Of a stretch of DNA of 35,146 nt, positions 16,563-26,768 are shown piece by piece (position 1 is the stretch's first letter; each line of letters begins with the position of its first letter). Location of the stretch: IMG/VR virus record IMGVR_UViG_2909309443_000004; one strand, 5' to 3'. Below the pieces are notes generated by a model, which saw nothing but the letters and a program-made list of their open reading frames with translations, did not search any database and was not told the DNA's origin. Source of the DNA: a virus (Duplodnaviria > Heunggongvirae > Uroviricota > Caudoviricetes). Made by a program: the position numbers and the translations under genes.

Positions 16563-18733
16563 TGGCTATCAGTTGGATCCAGCCCAGCTTTGCCGGTGGT
16601 GAGATTGGACCGTCGTTGTACGGACGTATCGACATGGCGAAGTACCAGGTGGCATTGCGCAAGTGCGATAACTTTATCGTGCGGCAGTATGGCGGCGTTG
16701 AGAATCGACCTGGTACGCGTTTTGTCGGTGCCGCCAAATACCCAAATCGGAAATGCCGCCTGATACCGTTCCAGTTCTCGACGGTTCAGACTTATGCTCT
16801 GGAGTTCGGACACCAGTACATGCGCGTTATCAAAGATGGTGCGTTGGTGCTGAACAGCAGCAATGTTATTTATGAAATTGCCACGCCATATACTGAAGCC
16901 GATCTGTTCCGAATTAAATTCACGCAAAGCGCAGACGTGCTTACGCTGGTTCATCCGGCATACCCGCCGAAAGAGTTGCGTCGCTATGCGCATGACAACT
17001 GGCAACTGGTTGATGTGGTAACGAAGAACGGACCATTTGAAGATATCAATATTGACGAGTCAGTGACGGTTTATGCCAGCGCCAGCACCGGGACAATTAC
17101 GTTAACGGCAAGCGCCTCTATTTTTGGCGCGGAGCAGGTAGGCAAATTGTTCTATCTGGAACAGCCTGCAGTGGATTCAGTGCCGGTATGGGAAACCAGT
17201 AAGAGTACGTCGATTGGCGATATTCGCCGTGCAGACAGTAACTACTATCGCGCCGTTACAGCAGGCAAAACAGGTACTTTGCGCCCTTCGCATACAGAAG
17301 GCACATCATGGGATGGCTGGGGCGGATCCGGTGATGATGATACTGGCATTGAGTGGGAATATCTGCACAGTGGTTTTGGCATTGCCCGTATCACTGCTGC
17401 AAATGGAACTACTGCAACTGCCGAGGTGATTTCCTATATCCCTTCGCAGGTAGTTGGCGAGGATAATGCCAGCTATAAATGGGCTAAATATGCCTGGAAC
17501 AGTGTTAATGGTTATCCTGGCACTGTTGTTTATTATCAACAACGTCTTTACTTCGCCGCATCGACTGCGTTCCCTCAGACTATCTGGGCTAGCCGTACCG
17601 GGGATTATAAGGATTTTGGCAAAAGCAATCCTACGCAGGATGACGACAGAATTATCTACACCTATGCCGGGCGTCAGGTTAATGAGATCCGCCACCTGAT
17701 TGATGTCGGTTCGCTGGTGGCACTGACTTCCGGAGGTGAGTACGTCATCACCGGCGACCAGAACAAAGTGTTAACCCCATCATCATTTGCATTCAGCTCT
17801 CAGGGATCAAATGGCTCGAGCAATGTCCCACCAATTGCCGTGGCGAATATTGCTCTGTTCGTCCAGGAGAAAGGCAGTGTTGTCCGTGATCTGGCCTACT
17901 CATTCGATGTTGACGGCTATCAGGGGAACGACCTGACCATCCTTGCCAATCATCTTTTTCAGAAGCACAGCATTGTTGACTGGTGCTTCTCTATTGTCCC
18001 TTACTCCAGCGCCTTCTGCATTCGTGATGACGGTAAATTACTGGTGATGACCTATTTGCGTGATCAGCAGGTTTTTGCATGGGCACCACAATCCAGTACC
18101 GGAAAATATGAAAGCACATGCAGTATCAGCGAAGGAAATGAAGATGCGGTGTATTTCGTTGTTAACCGAACCGTTAACGGGCAAACAGTGAGATACATCG
18201 AGCGACTGTCCAGCCGTTTATTTACCAGCGATGAAGATGCTTTCTTTGTTGATTCTGGCCTTAGCTATGATGGAAGAAATACGTCTGACAGAACGATGAC
18301 CATCACTGGTGGTTCTGGCGAATGGGATTACCGCGCGGAATATACAATCAGTATTTCTGGTGGTGCGTACTTCACCAGTAGTGATGTCGGTGCGCAACTA
18401 CAGTTCCCTTATACCGGCGCTGATTTATCTACCGGTAACGCGCTGGATATATTTGGTGACACTGCTCAGTTTGGCGCTCTTGATTCGCTGACGACGGTGA
18501 ATAACGCGCAACGCGAGGCTTACGGTTATCAGGTTCAGGCTGCCAACTATAAAGCAGAAGCCAGTTCAGCCCGTAAACAGGGGAATGTGGGAGCAGCAAC
18601 AACATTGCTCACTGCGCCTCTGAAGGCATACGGTGCGTACCAGATGTTTGGTGGGACGTGGAGTCCGTTTACTCAAAGCACCCCTGCGCCAATCGGGGCA
18701 GCAGCAGGAACCAGATTACCCGGAGGATTATAA
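16562..18733 (+). CDS. Tail tubular protein B / nozzle (T7 gp12-like)
   Basis: 723-aa ORF, start overlaps previous stop; size, position and beta-rich sequence consistent with podovirus gp12. Confidence 0.6.
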   Translation: MAISWIQPSFAGGEIGPSLYGRIDMAKYQVALRKCDNFIVRQYGGVENRPGTRFVGAAKYPNRKCRLIPFQFSTVQTYALEFGHQYMRVIKDGALVLNSSNVIYEIATPYTEADLFRIKFTQSADVLTLVHPAYPPKELRRYAHDNWQLVDVVTKNGPFEDINIDESVTVYASASTGTITLTASASIFGAEQVGKLFYLEQPAVDSVPVWETSKSTSIGDIRRADSNYYRAVTAGKTGTLRPSHTEGTSWDGWGGSGDDDTGIEWEYLHSGFGIARITAANGTTATAEVISYIPSQVVGEDNASYKWAKYAWNSVNGYPGTVVYYQQRLYFAASTAFPQTIWASRTGDYKDFGKSNPTQDDDRIIYTYAGRQVNEIRHLIDVGSLVALTSGGEYVITGDQNKVLTPSSFAFSSQGSNGSSNVPPIAVANIALFVQEKGSVVRDLAYSFDVDGYQGNDLTILANHLFQKHSIVDWCFSIVPYSSAFCIRDDGKLLVMTYLRDQQVFAWAPQSSTGKYESTCSISEGNEDAVYFVVNRTVNGQTVRYIERLSSRLFTSDEDAFFVDSGLSYDGRNTSDRTMTITGGSGEWDYRAEYTISISGGAYFTSSDVGAQLQFPYTGADLSTGNALDIFGDTAQFGALDSLTTVNNAQREAYGYQVQAANYKAEASSARKQGNVGAATTLLTAPLKAYGAYQMFGGTWSPFTQSTPAPIGAAAGTRLPGGL

Positions 18734-21246
18734 TGCCAGTCGTACCAACAGTATCCGGACGTCAGGTTGAGAGTCGTGGAGTTCAGTCAGCAGGCTTGCA
18801 GACGTTTTCTCAGCAAGGTATTGGTGATGCTTTTGTTCGGGCAGGGACAGAGGCAATTGATGTTTTGGGGCAGGCAAAACAGCGTGCCAATATCGCTCTG
18901 GCTCAGGAGGCATCTCTTAACCTCAGTCAGATAAGAAGCGATCTGCTGAATAATCCTGAAACAGGATTGCTTAACCTGAAAGGGAAAAATGCTATTGGAA
19001 AAGGCCATGAGTATACGCAGCAGTTTGATGCTCAGGTCGAACAACTGGCTATGTCGCTGCCGGATGAACAGGCTCGTAATGCTTTCATGCAGCAGGCGCA
19101 GCAGCAGCGCATTCAGTTCACTACGCAGGCCGGGCGACACGAGATAGGGCAAATTAATGCCTACGAAGAAGGCCAGTTTCAGGCGACACTGCTGAACAAT
19201 GGTAAAAATGCCGCAGCATTGTATGGCGACAACGCCGCATACGTATTGGCTAACAAGCAAACTTTCCAGCAAATTGAGGAGTACGGTGTTGCACATGGCT
19301 GGAGCAACGAGCAAATCCAGGCCAAGAAAATCGAGTTTAAAGAGAAGGTTGCTGATGCTGCATTGTCCCAGTGGTCGGCAAACAATGCGACCGCATTCAT
19401 CCAAAGTAATGGCGAGTTAAGTGATACTGCTGCTGGAGCTCGCCGTGCTGTAGCAGATAGTGACTCTTCCGAGCGTGCCCGTGGCATACGCAACAATAAC
19501 CCAGGAAATCTCGAATACAGCAAAACTAATCCGTGGGTAGGCCAGACCGGTGATGATGGTCGATTTGCTAAATTCGAAACACCTGAACACGGGATTCGTG
19601 CATTAGGGCGGAACCTGATGTCGTATCAGAGGCAGGGTATTGATACCGTCAGCGAGATAATTAATCGCTGGGCACCGCCTGCTGATAAAAATGACACTAT
19701 GTCGTATATCAAAGCAGTGTGCGAACAACTTGGCGTTTCTGCTGATGAGCCTCTCGATGCATCTAATCCTGATACCCTGAAGGCGCTTTGTGCAGCCATT
19801 ATCCATCATGAGAACGGTAGCCAGCCATACAGTGATCAGCAGTTAACTGCTGGTGTCAGTGCAGCACTTGGTTTATCAACAATTCCAACCAACACCAAAC
19901 GCTATACCGGTAATGCAGCATTCGATGCGGCATCTCCTGAGGCGCAGGCAAGTTTTATGCGACAGGCGGATCAACTGCGTCGGCAGCAGCAGGCTGAATA
20001 TAAAACGATGATTGACAGCCAGGTTCGCGATGCGACAGCTGCGTATATGCGTGGCGTTGAATTTCCTAACCCACCTGGTGAGGCTGATTTTATTGCAGCT
20101 TATGGCGTCAGAGAAGGAAACCTGCGATATACCGAGTTCAGAAATACGCAGATCGCCGGACAGTATATAGGCTCTTTCCGCAATATGCCGACAAGCAGCA
20201 TTACAGCATATGTTGAGCAATTACGCCCGGATACTGGTGAGACAGGGGAGGGGTATGCGGCACGCGCAGCTCTTTATGACAACGTTGTTTCGGCTGCAAA
20301 TCAGGTGATAAAGCAGCGGCAGTCGGATCCTGTGCAGTTCTCTCTTTCCTCCGGACAGGCAAAGCCTATCGACATGAGCAATAAGGATAACTTTGGACAG
20401 AGCGTTGCCTTGCGTGCTGCTCAGGTCAGTGACCTTGCTAAGTCATATGGCACTCCACTGACGTTCTTTTCCAAAGACGAGGCCAATCAAATCGGTGTTT
20501 TCTTTCGTGATGCGCCCGTTTCCCAACAGGCTGCATATCTCGATACCATCAGGCAAAGCACTGGTGGTGGGCAGGTGTATATGTCAGCACTACAGCAGAT
20601 CAGTGCCAACGCTCCATCTGCTGCCGTTGCCGGGATACTGATGGATAAGCCTGGTGGTATTTTGGCAGAAAAAAACTGGTTTAATCCGGATGTTTCCGTG
20701 TCTCCTGAAACCGCTGCGCAGACAATTCTTGCTGGCGCTGCGGCTCGTAAAGGTACTGATGATGCGAAAGGTATTCCGATGCCTAAAGATGCTGATCTTC
20801 GCCTTGAGTTTTCTGACATGGTGAAGGATGCATTTGCTGGTGACGCTCATGGGGCATCAATGGCATACGAGATCGCAAAGGATTATTACGCTGGTGTGAT
20901 GGCGAAAAAAGGCGTGGTATCAGGAGAAATTGACAATGATGTCTGGAAACAGGCTGTTAACGTAGCTACAGGTGGCGTGCATGACTATAACGGAATGGGG
21001 AATGTCCTTTTGCCGTGGGGAATGTCTGCAGAGCAATTCGATAAGCAGGTTAATCAGGCTTGGAATGAACAAGTTGTCGGCTCCGGGATAAAAACACCGC
21101 CTGGTCAGTATGGTTTGCAAAGTTACGGCGATAGTCAGTACCTGGTGAAACTTGGCGCTGGTTATCTGCTGAAAGATGATGGTTCTCCCGTTGTTCTTAA
21201 TCTGACACAGAAGCGTCAGAGATTCTCCGGAGATATTCCGCAATGA
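18733..21246 (+). CDS. Internal virion (ejection) protein, large
   Basis: Track ORF 18658..21246; probable ATG 18733 overlapping upstream TAA; 837 aa, Gln/Ala-rich; contains conserved-looking block RGIRNNNPGNLEYSKTNPWVGQTGDDGRFAKFETPEHGIRALGRNLMSYQ...IINRWAPPADKNDT. Confidence 0.55.
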   Translation: MPVVPTVSGRQVESRGVQSAGLQTFSQQGIGDAFVRAGTEAIDVLGQAKQRANIALAQEASLNLSQIRSDLLNNPETGLLNLKGKNAIGKGHEYTQQFDAQVEQLAMSLPDEQARNAFMQQAQQQRIQFTTQAGRHEIGQINAYEEGQFQATLLNNGKNAAALYGDNAAYVLANKQTFQQIEEYGVAHGWSNEQIQAKKIEFKEKVADAALSQWSANNATAFIQSNGELSDTAAGARRAVADSDSSERARGIRNNNPGNLEYSKTNPWVGQTGDDGRFAKFETPEHGIRALGRNLMSYQRQGIDTVSEIINRWAPPADKNDTMSYIKAVCEQLGVSADEPLDASNPDTLKALCAAIIHHENGSQPYSDQQLTAGVSAALGLSTIPTNTKRYTGNAAFDAASPEAQASFMRQADQLRRQQQAEYKTMIDSQVRDATAAYMRGVEFPNPPGEADFIAAYGVREGNLRYTEFRNTQIAGQYIGSFRNMPTSSITAYVEQLRPDTGETGEGYAARAALYDNVVSAANQVIKQRQSDPVQFSLSSGQAKPIDMSNKDNFGQSVALRAAQVSDLAKSYGTPLTFFSKDEANQIGVFFRDAPVSQQAAYLDTIRQSTGGGQVYMSALQQISANAPSAAVAGILMDKPGGILAEKNWFNPDVSVSPETAAQTILAGAAARKGTDDAKGIPMPKDADLRLEFSDMVKDAFAGDAHGASMAYEIAKDYYAGVMAKKGVVSGEIDNDVWKQAVNVATGGVHDYNGMGNVLLPWGMSAEQFDKQVNQAWNEQVVGSGIKTPPGQYGLQSYGDSQYLVKLGAGYLLKDDGSPVVLNLTQKRQRFSGDIPQ

Positions 21247-23045
21247 GTTACTTTGGCCTTAATCCAGTAAACCAGAATCAGCAGCTTGACGAAGCAGCAT
21301 CAAATCCAGCTGGCTTTAACAGCAATGTTGGTTTTTTCGACAATGCTGTAGGAGCGGCATTGTCTGGTTTGTACTCCGGGCTGGTGGCAAAGCCAGATCA
21401 GTTGCTATGGGCAGGGATGGATAAAATCGTATCCCCGATTGCTCAGTTTGTTAACGAAAACACCTCGCTCAATGACACTTCAGTTTCATACATTGCTGAG
21501 CAGAGAAAACTAGCAGAGCAGCAGGTTAAGCGGCTGACGCCTGATGCGGCGACAACCGGAACCGCCGGGCAGGTCCTTTATGGGTTGTTCGATATGGGCG
21601 GGCAGGCTGTTGTCGGTACAACGCTCGGTGGTCCGGTCGGAGGTGCTGCGGCGGTAACTTCGCTACAGGGTTTTTCTGAGTTTGAACGGCTGACAGCACA
21701 GGGTGTTGATTTCAGGACGGCGCAGGAAGCGGGATTAGTGCAGGGTATTACTGCTGGTGCCGGAACACTGATCCCTATGAGCCTCGGGTTACGTGCTGGT
21801 GGTGCGCTGGCGGAAGGTGTGGCGGCTCAGCTTGCGCGGACTGGTGAAAGTTCAGTGCGACGCGCCGCAGCAACAGCAGTACGTGCAACGCCAGATATTG
21901 CCTATGCCGCAGGTACAAATATTGCGTTCGGTATGGCACAGCGTGGGCTTACTGCAAAAACGCTTCGTGATGGTGGCTATAGCGAAATGGCTAACCAGTA
22001 TGATGTGTTGGATCGACAGGCAATTGCTATTGATGCTGTTCTTGGGGTGGCGTTTGGTGGTGTCGGCAGATTTATTAACTCTCGCGGCGAGTCTACAAGC
22101 GCACCAAATTTTTCACCAGTTGATGTTGATGCTGCACTGGCGGCGAATGCCGCTCATCATGCTGAAATTGATATTGCGCCCGGCGTGCCGATCAACGTGC
22201 TTTCGCGCAATTCTCACATTCAGGCTCTGCGAAAAGCTATGTCTGATGTTAGCCAGGGGAGACCTGTAGACGTTGCCAGCATTGTTGAGTCTGCATCTTT
22301 CAGTGAAATTCCTGGGCGCAAGAGTCTGCTGTCTCAGGCAGTTAATGAGGCTCTGTCATCTGTAGATGATGGAGTAACGGCGCGCGCTATAGAAAATCGG
22401 TTGCTTGAAGAACAGGCCGCGCAGCTTTTGCCGCGTGGCGATAGACAGGTTTACCAGTCTGAAATCGCTAATAGCCAACGAATTATTGAAAATCTCACTG
22501 AACAGCGCGCACAAATTCTTGCAGAAGAGCCAACCGGTAGCGGTAAATCTTTGTCTCGTGCTCGATCAGATAAACAGGTCAGACTTCGCGATATTGACCA
22601 ACGAATCCGGCAGGCACAAGAACGCCTGGAATTTTCCCGTAACGCGTTGGCGCCGCACGAGCCTGGAGGTCAGTTTTTTGAAGCTCGAGCAGAACTGGCA
22701 CGGCGACAGCAGGCAGAAAGTGAACTTAATGCTCAGGCTGTTTCATTCTATAAAACAGCAGAGGTCAGGACGCCAGACGAAGTAGCTCCTTTTGAGCCCG
22801 GTAAGATATTGCAACAGACAGAACAAAAAATGATGGCAGATCCGGCAGGAGATATTGATCTGCGTATAGCTGAAGACTCGCTGCTTGAATCTCCGGACAT
22901 GATAATCACCGTGCTGGATGATGATGGTAATCCACAATCGCGCAGTGCGCGTGAAGTACTGGATGAAGCGAACAGGGAAAGTGAGCAGGCAATACAGGAT
23001 TCCAGCCTGTTTGATGTTGCTGTGGCGTGTTTCTTGAGAGGTTAA
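21243..23045 (+). CDS. Internal virion (ejection) protein
   Basis: 600-aa ORF, Gly/Ala-rich N-terminal half, coiled-coil C-terminal half; ATGA overlap with upstream gene. Confidence 0.55.
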   Translation: MSYFGLNPVNQNQQLDEAASNPAGFNSNVGFFDNAVGAALSGLYSGLVAKPDQLLWAGMDKIVSPIAQFVNENTSLNDTSVSYIAEQRKLAEQQVKRLTPDAATTGTAGQVLYGLFDMGGQAVVGTTLGGPVGGAAAVTSLQGFSEFERLTAQGVDFRTAQEAGLVQGITAGAGTLIPMSLGLRAGGALAEGVAAQLARTGESSVRRAAATAVRATPDIAYAAGTNIAFGMAQRGLTAKTLRDGGYSEMANQYDVLDRQAIAIDAVLGVAFGGVGRFINSRGESTSAPNFSPVDVDAALAANAAHHAEIDIAPGVPINVLSRNSHIQALRKAMSDVSQGRPVDVASIVESASFSEIPGRKSLLSQAVNEALSSVDDGVTARAIENRLLEEQAAQLLPRGDRQVYQSEIANSQRIIENLTEQRAQILAEEPTGSGKSLSRARSDKQVRLRDIDQRIRQAQERLEFSRNALAPHEPGGQFFEARAELARRQQAESELNAQAVSFYKTAEVRTPDEVAPFEPGKILQQTEQKMMADPAGDIDLRIAEDSLLESPDMIITVLDDDGNPQSRSAREVLDEANRESEQAIQDSSLFDVAVACFLRG

Positions 23046-23050
23046 ATTAA

Positions 23051-25525
23051 ATGAGACAGGAATGTATACAAGCGGTCCAGCAGGCGGCGCAGCGCACGTT
23101 AACGGCGCGAGAAATACAGAACATTGAAGACCGCATTTATCGAAATATGCGCTCCATTGCTCGTGATGACCCGATGTCGTGGCGACAACTTTCCGAATCA
23201 GAACGGTTGTATCGTGCAGCACAATTGGCATCTGAAGAATTACAGCGAGAAGCGGCATTAAAGAAACGTCGTGTGGCCCTCACTATAGCCGCACGTCAGA
23301 GATTGGATAAATTTATCAATAACTATCAAGGGGCTGATGGGAAACTTGGCGCTCTTAACCGTACTATTGCTTTTAATGCAGACGGTAAATCGAATTTCCT
23401 CTCTGTTGAATCCAGAACAAAAGCCACTCGTGATTATGCATTGAGTCAATTGCAGGAGGCATTTGAAGCAGTTGATCCTCGCTTTTTTGGCCTGTTTGAA
23501 GATGAAGCGGGCGTGCGTGACCTGGTATATGAAATGCGAGGGCAAAATACTGGCAATGCTAAAGCAAGAAAAGGTGCTAAGGCGTGGAGAGAAGTGACAG
23601 ATCTACTTCGCCGCCGGTTTAATGATGCTGGTGGGGACATTGGCTATCTCGAAAACTGGGGGATCCCTCAACATCATTCTATGGAAAAGGTTGGGGCGGT
23701 ATCAAAAGATAAATGGGTTAGCGATGTTATAGGTAAGCTGGATCGCAAATATTATACCCGAGCCGATGGACAACTGATGAACGATGCCGAGTTGTCTGCA
23801 TTTCTTGGAGAGGCTTATAACACGATCGCTACTGGTGGGCTGAATAAGCTTACTGACACCGGAATGCGAATTTCCGGAGCACGTGCTAACCGTGGTAATG
23901 CATCACGACAGATACATTTCAAAGATGCAGATTCCTATCTGCAATATCAGCAACTTTATGGCGATCGCTCTCTATGGGAAATCATGGTCGGTCACCTGGA
24001 AGGTATCAGTAAAGATATTGCACTGGTGGAAACATATGGCCCAAACCCCGATCATGTTTTCCGCTCTCTTCTTGATCAGGTGAAGGCAGAAACGGCAACA
24101 GCTAACCCGAGTAAAACCGGTAGCGTCGAGCGTCTGGCGAACAAAACAGAGAACTTGTACAACTTTATTTCCGGAAAAACACAGCCTGTAGCGAATCCCC
24201 ACATCGCGCGATGGTCTGACAATATCCGCAACTGGCTGGTTGCCAGCAGACTCGGATCCGCGTTGCTGTCATCGTTCTCTGATCTTGGAACCATGTATCT
24301 GTCTGCGAAGGTTACCAACCTTCCAATGAACCAGTTATTTCGCAACCAGCTTGAAGCTATTGACCCAACGAACCGTACTGAGCTTGCGCGGGCGCGCCGC
24401 GCTGGCCTGGCGATGGAATCTCTACTTGGCAGCGTTAACCGCTGGGCGATGGATAATATGGGGCCGTCTGTGTCTCGTTGGGCGGCAACGGCGGTAATGC
24501 GTGCCAGTGGGCTTACAGCATGGTCAGATGCGCACAAGCGCGCCTATGGCGTAACCATGATGGGAAGCCTGGGAGAAGTAGTGTCACGGACACCAGACCT
24601 TCGTAGCCTCGATGACTCTGATTTTCGTATCCTGAAAAGTAAAGGGATTACTGACACAGACTGGAGCGTATGGAAGCTGGCGCAACAGGAGGACTGGGGG
24701 AACGGTAATAATACGATGCTGACACCGGAAAGCATTATGCGTATCCCTGATTCAGCAGTTAAACATCTTGGTGAGCCTGAACGCGTGAAATTTGAGGCAA
24801 TGCGTAAACTGCTCGGTGCCGTAACTGAAGAAGTTGATATGGCTGTTATTACACCGGGCGCACGTGAGCAGATGTTCGTAGGGTCTGGTCTTCAGCGTGG
24901 AACATGGAAAGGTGAATTAACGAGAAGTGTTTTCCTGTTTAAATCGTTCCCTATCTCGGTTGTTATGCGTCACTGGTCACGCGCTATGGGTATGCCGTCT
25001 GCTGGTGGGCGTGCAGCATATATAGCAACGTTTTTAGCAAGCACAACCATGCTTGGTGCTCTTTCCATGCAGATTACTGATCTTATTAATGGGAGAAATC
25101 CAAAGGAAATGACCGGTGACCACATGGTTAAATTCTGGATAAATGCATTTTTAAAAGGTGGCGGGGCTGGGTTGTACGGTGATTTTCTTTTCTCTGACCA
25201 CACTAGGTACGGGAGCGGCGCGCTGGCGTCGATGCTTGGCCCGGTAGCTGGTCTGGTTGATGATGTAGTGAAGATTGCTCAGGGCATACCGTTAAATGCT
25301 GTGGAAGGGAAGAGTGAGCAGACTGGTGGTGATCTGGTGAAGCTGGGGAAAGGTTTGATGCCTGGTGCGAATCTCTGGTACTTGAAGGCGGCTCTCGATC
25401 ACATGATCTTTAACCAGATGCAGGAGTATTTTTCACCAGGTTATTTGCGTAAAATGGAGCAACGTTCGAAGAAAGAGTTTAACCAGACATACTGGTGGCG
25501 ACCACAGGATGTCACTCCGCAATAA
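23051..25525 (+). CDS. Internal virion (ejection) protein, T7 gp16-like C-terminal region
   Basis: 824-aa ORF; C-terminus (..GPVAGLVDDVVKIAQGIPLNAVEGKSEQTGGDLVKLGKGLMPGANLWYLKAALDHMIFNQ..) has the character of gp16-family tails. Confidence 0.55.
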   Translation: MRQECIQAVQQAAQRTLTAREIQNIEDRIYRNMRSIARDDPMSWRQLSESERLYRAAQLASEELQREAALKKRRVALTIAARQRLDKFINNYQGADGKLGALNRTIAFNADGKSNFLSVESRTKATRDYALSQLQEAFEAVDPRFFGLFEDEAGVRDLVYEMRGQNTGNAKARKGAKAWREVTDLLRRRFNDAGGDIGYLENWGIPQHHSMEKVGAVSKDKWVSDVIGKLDRKYYTRADGQLMNDAELSAFLGEAYNTIATGGLNKLTDTGMRISGARANRGNASRQIHFKDADSYLQYQQLYGDRSLWEIMVGHLEGISKDIALVETYGPNPDHVFRSLLDQVKAETATANPSKTGSVERLANKTENLYNFISGKTQPVANPHIARWSDNIRNWLVASRLGSALLSSFSDLGTMYLSAKVTNLPMNQLFRNQLEAIDPTNRTELARARRAGLAMESLLGSVNRWAMDNMGPSVSRWAATAVMRASGLTAWSDAHKRAYGVTMMGSLGEVVSRTPDLRSLDDSDFRILKSKGITDTDWSVWKLAQQEDWGNGNNTMLTPESIMRIPDSAVKHLGEPERVKFEAMRKLLGAVTEEVDMAVITPGAREQMFVGSGLQRGTWKGELTRSVFLFKSFPISVVMRHWSRAMGMPSAGGRAAYIATFLASTTMLGALSMQITDLINGRNPKEMTGDHMVKFWINAFLKGGGAGLYGDFLFSDHTRYGSGALASMLGPVAGLVDDVVKIAQGIPLNAVEGKSEQTGGDLVKLGKGLMPGANLWYLKAALDHMIFNQMQEYFSPGYLRKMEQRSKKEFNQTYWWRPQDVTPQ

Positions 25526-25721
25526 GGAAGTGTTGTGTTTTTAATTATTTTGAGTGTGATAATTTCTGGTGGATTGTTATTTATTGACCGCTACAAATAT
25601 TTTCTTAACCCTCAGACTCAAGCTATTTGCTGGTTCATCTTTGTTGTGCAGGGAGTAGTTCTTGTTGCAAGCCTTATTGAGGGGAGGCCTCTTATTTTTA
25701 CTGGGTAAATTAGGTGACTAC

Positions 25722-26018
25722 ATGCAAGCTATAGGATTCATTGTTTATATCGTCGTTGGTCTTTTTCAGTTGGCAGCAATTATGGCTGGGCTTGAATCAT
25801 GGTGGGGATTGCACTGGATAATTGCAGCCCCCATTGCTTTCATCGTGAGCTATATTCCATTTGTTGGAGCGATTGTTGGTATGGTTGGCGCTGTGGATGT
25901 ATGGCGGTGGGAGTGGTGGCAGGCTGGCCTTCTCTTCTTTGGTGGGATCATCTTTGCTATTGTCTGCGGTGGAATGTCATCATTTTTCGAATGGCTAGCA
26001 TTCAGAAAAGGAACGTGA
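25722..26018 (+). CDS. Small polytopic inner-membrane protein (3 predicted TM helices), function unknown
   Basis: Track ORF 25662..26018 (TTG); ATG 25722 follows AGGTGA; hydrophobic segments IGFIVYIVVGLFQLAAIMAGL / IIAAPIAFIVSYIPFVGAIVGMVGAV / LLFFGGIIFAIVCGG. Confidence 0.5.
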   Translation: MQAIGFIVYIVVGLFQLAAIMAGLESWWGLHWIIAAPIAFIVSYIPFVGAIVGMVGAVDVWRWEWWQAGLLFFGGIIFAIVCGGMSSFFEWLAFRKGT

Positions 26019-26049
26019 CATGTCACAGGCCGCTTTCGCGGCCTTGTTT

Positions 26050-26211
26050 TTAACGAATGCCACCGCCTCCCGGGCGGGAATCCGCAGAACGCCCACCGCA
26101 GCGGGAGCCGTCAGCGGCAGTATCGCTGTCGTGCTGACAACGACCGGCAAAGGCCTGAGTTGAAGCTACCAGAGACAACAAAACGAACAGTGCAGCAAAT
26201 GCTTTTTTCAT
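26050..26211 (-). CDS. Small secreted Cys-containing peptide (53 aa precursor)
   Basis: Internal Met of track ORF 26050..26283 gives MKKAFAALFVLLSLVASTQAFA signal peptide followed by 31-aa Gly/Arg/Asp-rich peptide with 2 Cys; weak RBS. Confidence 0.35.
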   Translation of the reverse strand: MKKAFAALFVLLSLVASTQAFAGRCQHDSDTAADGSRCGGRSADSRPGGGGIR

Positions 26212-26282
26212 TGTGAAATTTCCATCTATAAGCCACCTCAATGTGGCGTCAATGAGTGTAGCACTGACTTTTGTTTCGTCCA

Positions 26283-26304
26283 CAAAAAATCCCGCAGCGC
26301 GGGC
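26283..26304 (-). terminator. Rho-independent terminator after 147-aa gene
   Basis: Minus-strand hairpin CCCGC-gct-GCGGG followed by TTTTTTG, 2 nt after stop of 26305..26748 ORF. Confidence 0.5.
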
Positions 26305-26748
26305 TTATTCTTCTTCTTCATCATTAAAAAGCGGATTGTTGTTTCCATCTGATGAAAGGAAAGGTATGTGTTCTCTTGAAAATCCAACAATGACAATTTC
26401 ATTATCATTTTTTGCATAATGAATGCATTCATTAGAATGCATTCCGCCAGGGTTGAAATTTAAGTTAATGGTATAATTCTTAAATGTGTTTGGATACCAT
26501 GTTGGCCCACAATGATAATGCCAATAATTCTCTTGCTCATAATTGTCTGAGCCTGGAATTTTATCATGGTTATCATCAACCCACGAGGGCTTGTTTTTTC
26601 CAACAAGCGCCCTTCCATTGGCAACATCCTCTAAAAACCTTTGTATGATTTTTATTTCATCATCAGTAAGGAAAGGTCCGTCTACAGCGAAAGGGGTGTT
26701 GCTTTCCCCATGTAGAAAACTATTAGATATTCTAATGTTAAACTTCAA
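26305..26748 (-). CDS. Unknown AT-rich moron protein with acidic C-terminal tail (147 aa)
   Basis: TTG start 7 nt after AGGAG; markedly lower GC than surroundings; His/Cys cluster (YWHYHCGP...HSNECIHY) and terminal FNDEEEE; no recognised family. Confidence 0.55.
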   Translation of the reverse strand: MKFNIRISNSFLHGESNTPFAVDGPFLTDDEIKIIQRFLEDVANGRALVGKNKPSWVDDNHDKIPGSDNYEQENYWHYHCGPTWYPNTFKNYTINLNFNPGGMHSNECIHYAKNDNEIVIVGFSREHIPFLSSDGNNNPLFNDEEEE

Positions 26749-26768
26749 GGAAAACTCCTGATGTGCTT

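Noticed and set aside
16316-17005. 229-aa minus-strand ORF across the tubular protein A/B junction
   Set aside because: Antisense to two translationally coupled structural genes; no RBS or domain features
18787-19404. 205-aa minus-strand ORF inside the internal virion protein gene
   Set aside because: Antisense overlap, Leu/Cys-rich composition consistent with the reverse frame of a Gln/Ala-rich gene
22743-23258. 171-aa minus-strand ORF spanning the junction of two internal virion protein genes
   Set aside because: Antisense to coding sequence on both sides; no independent support
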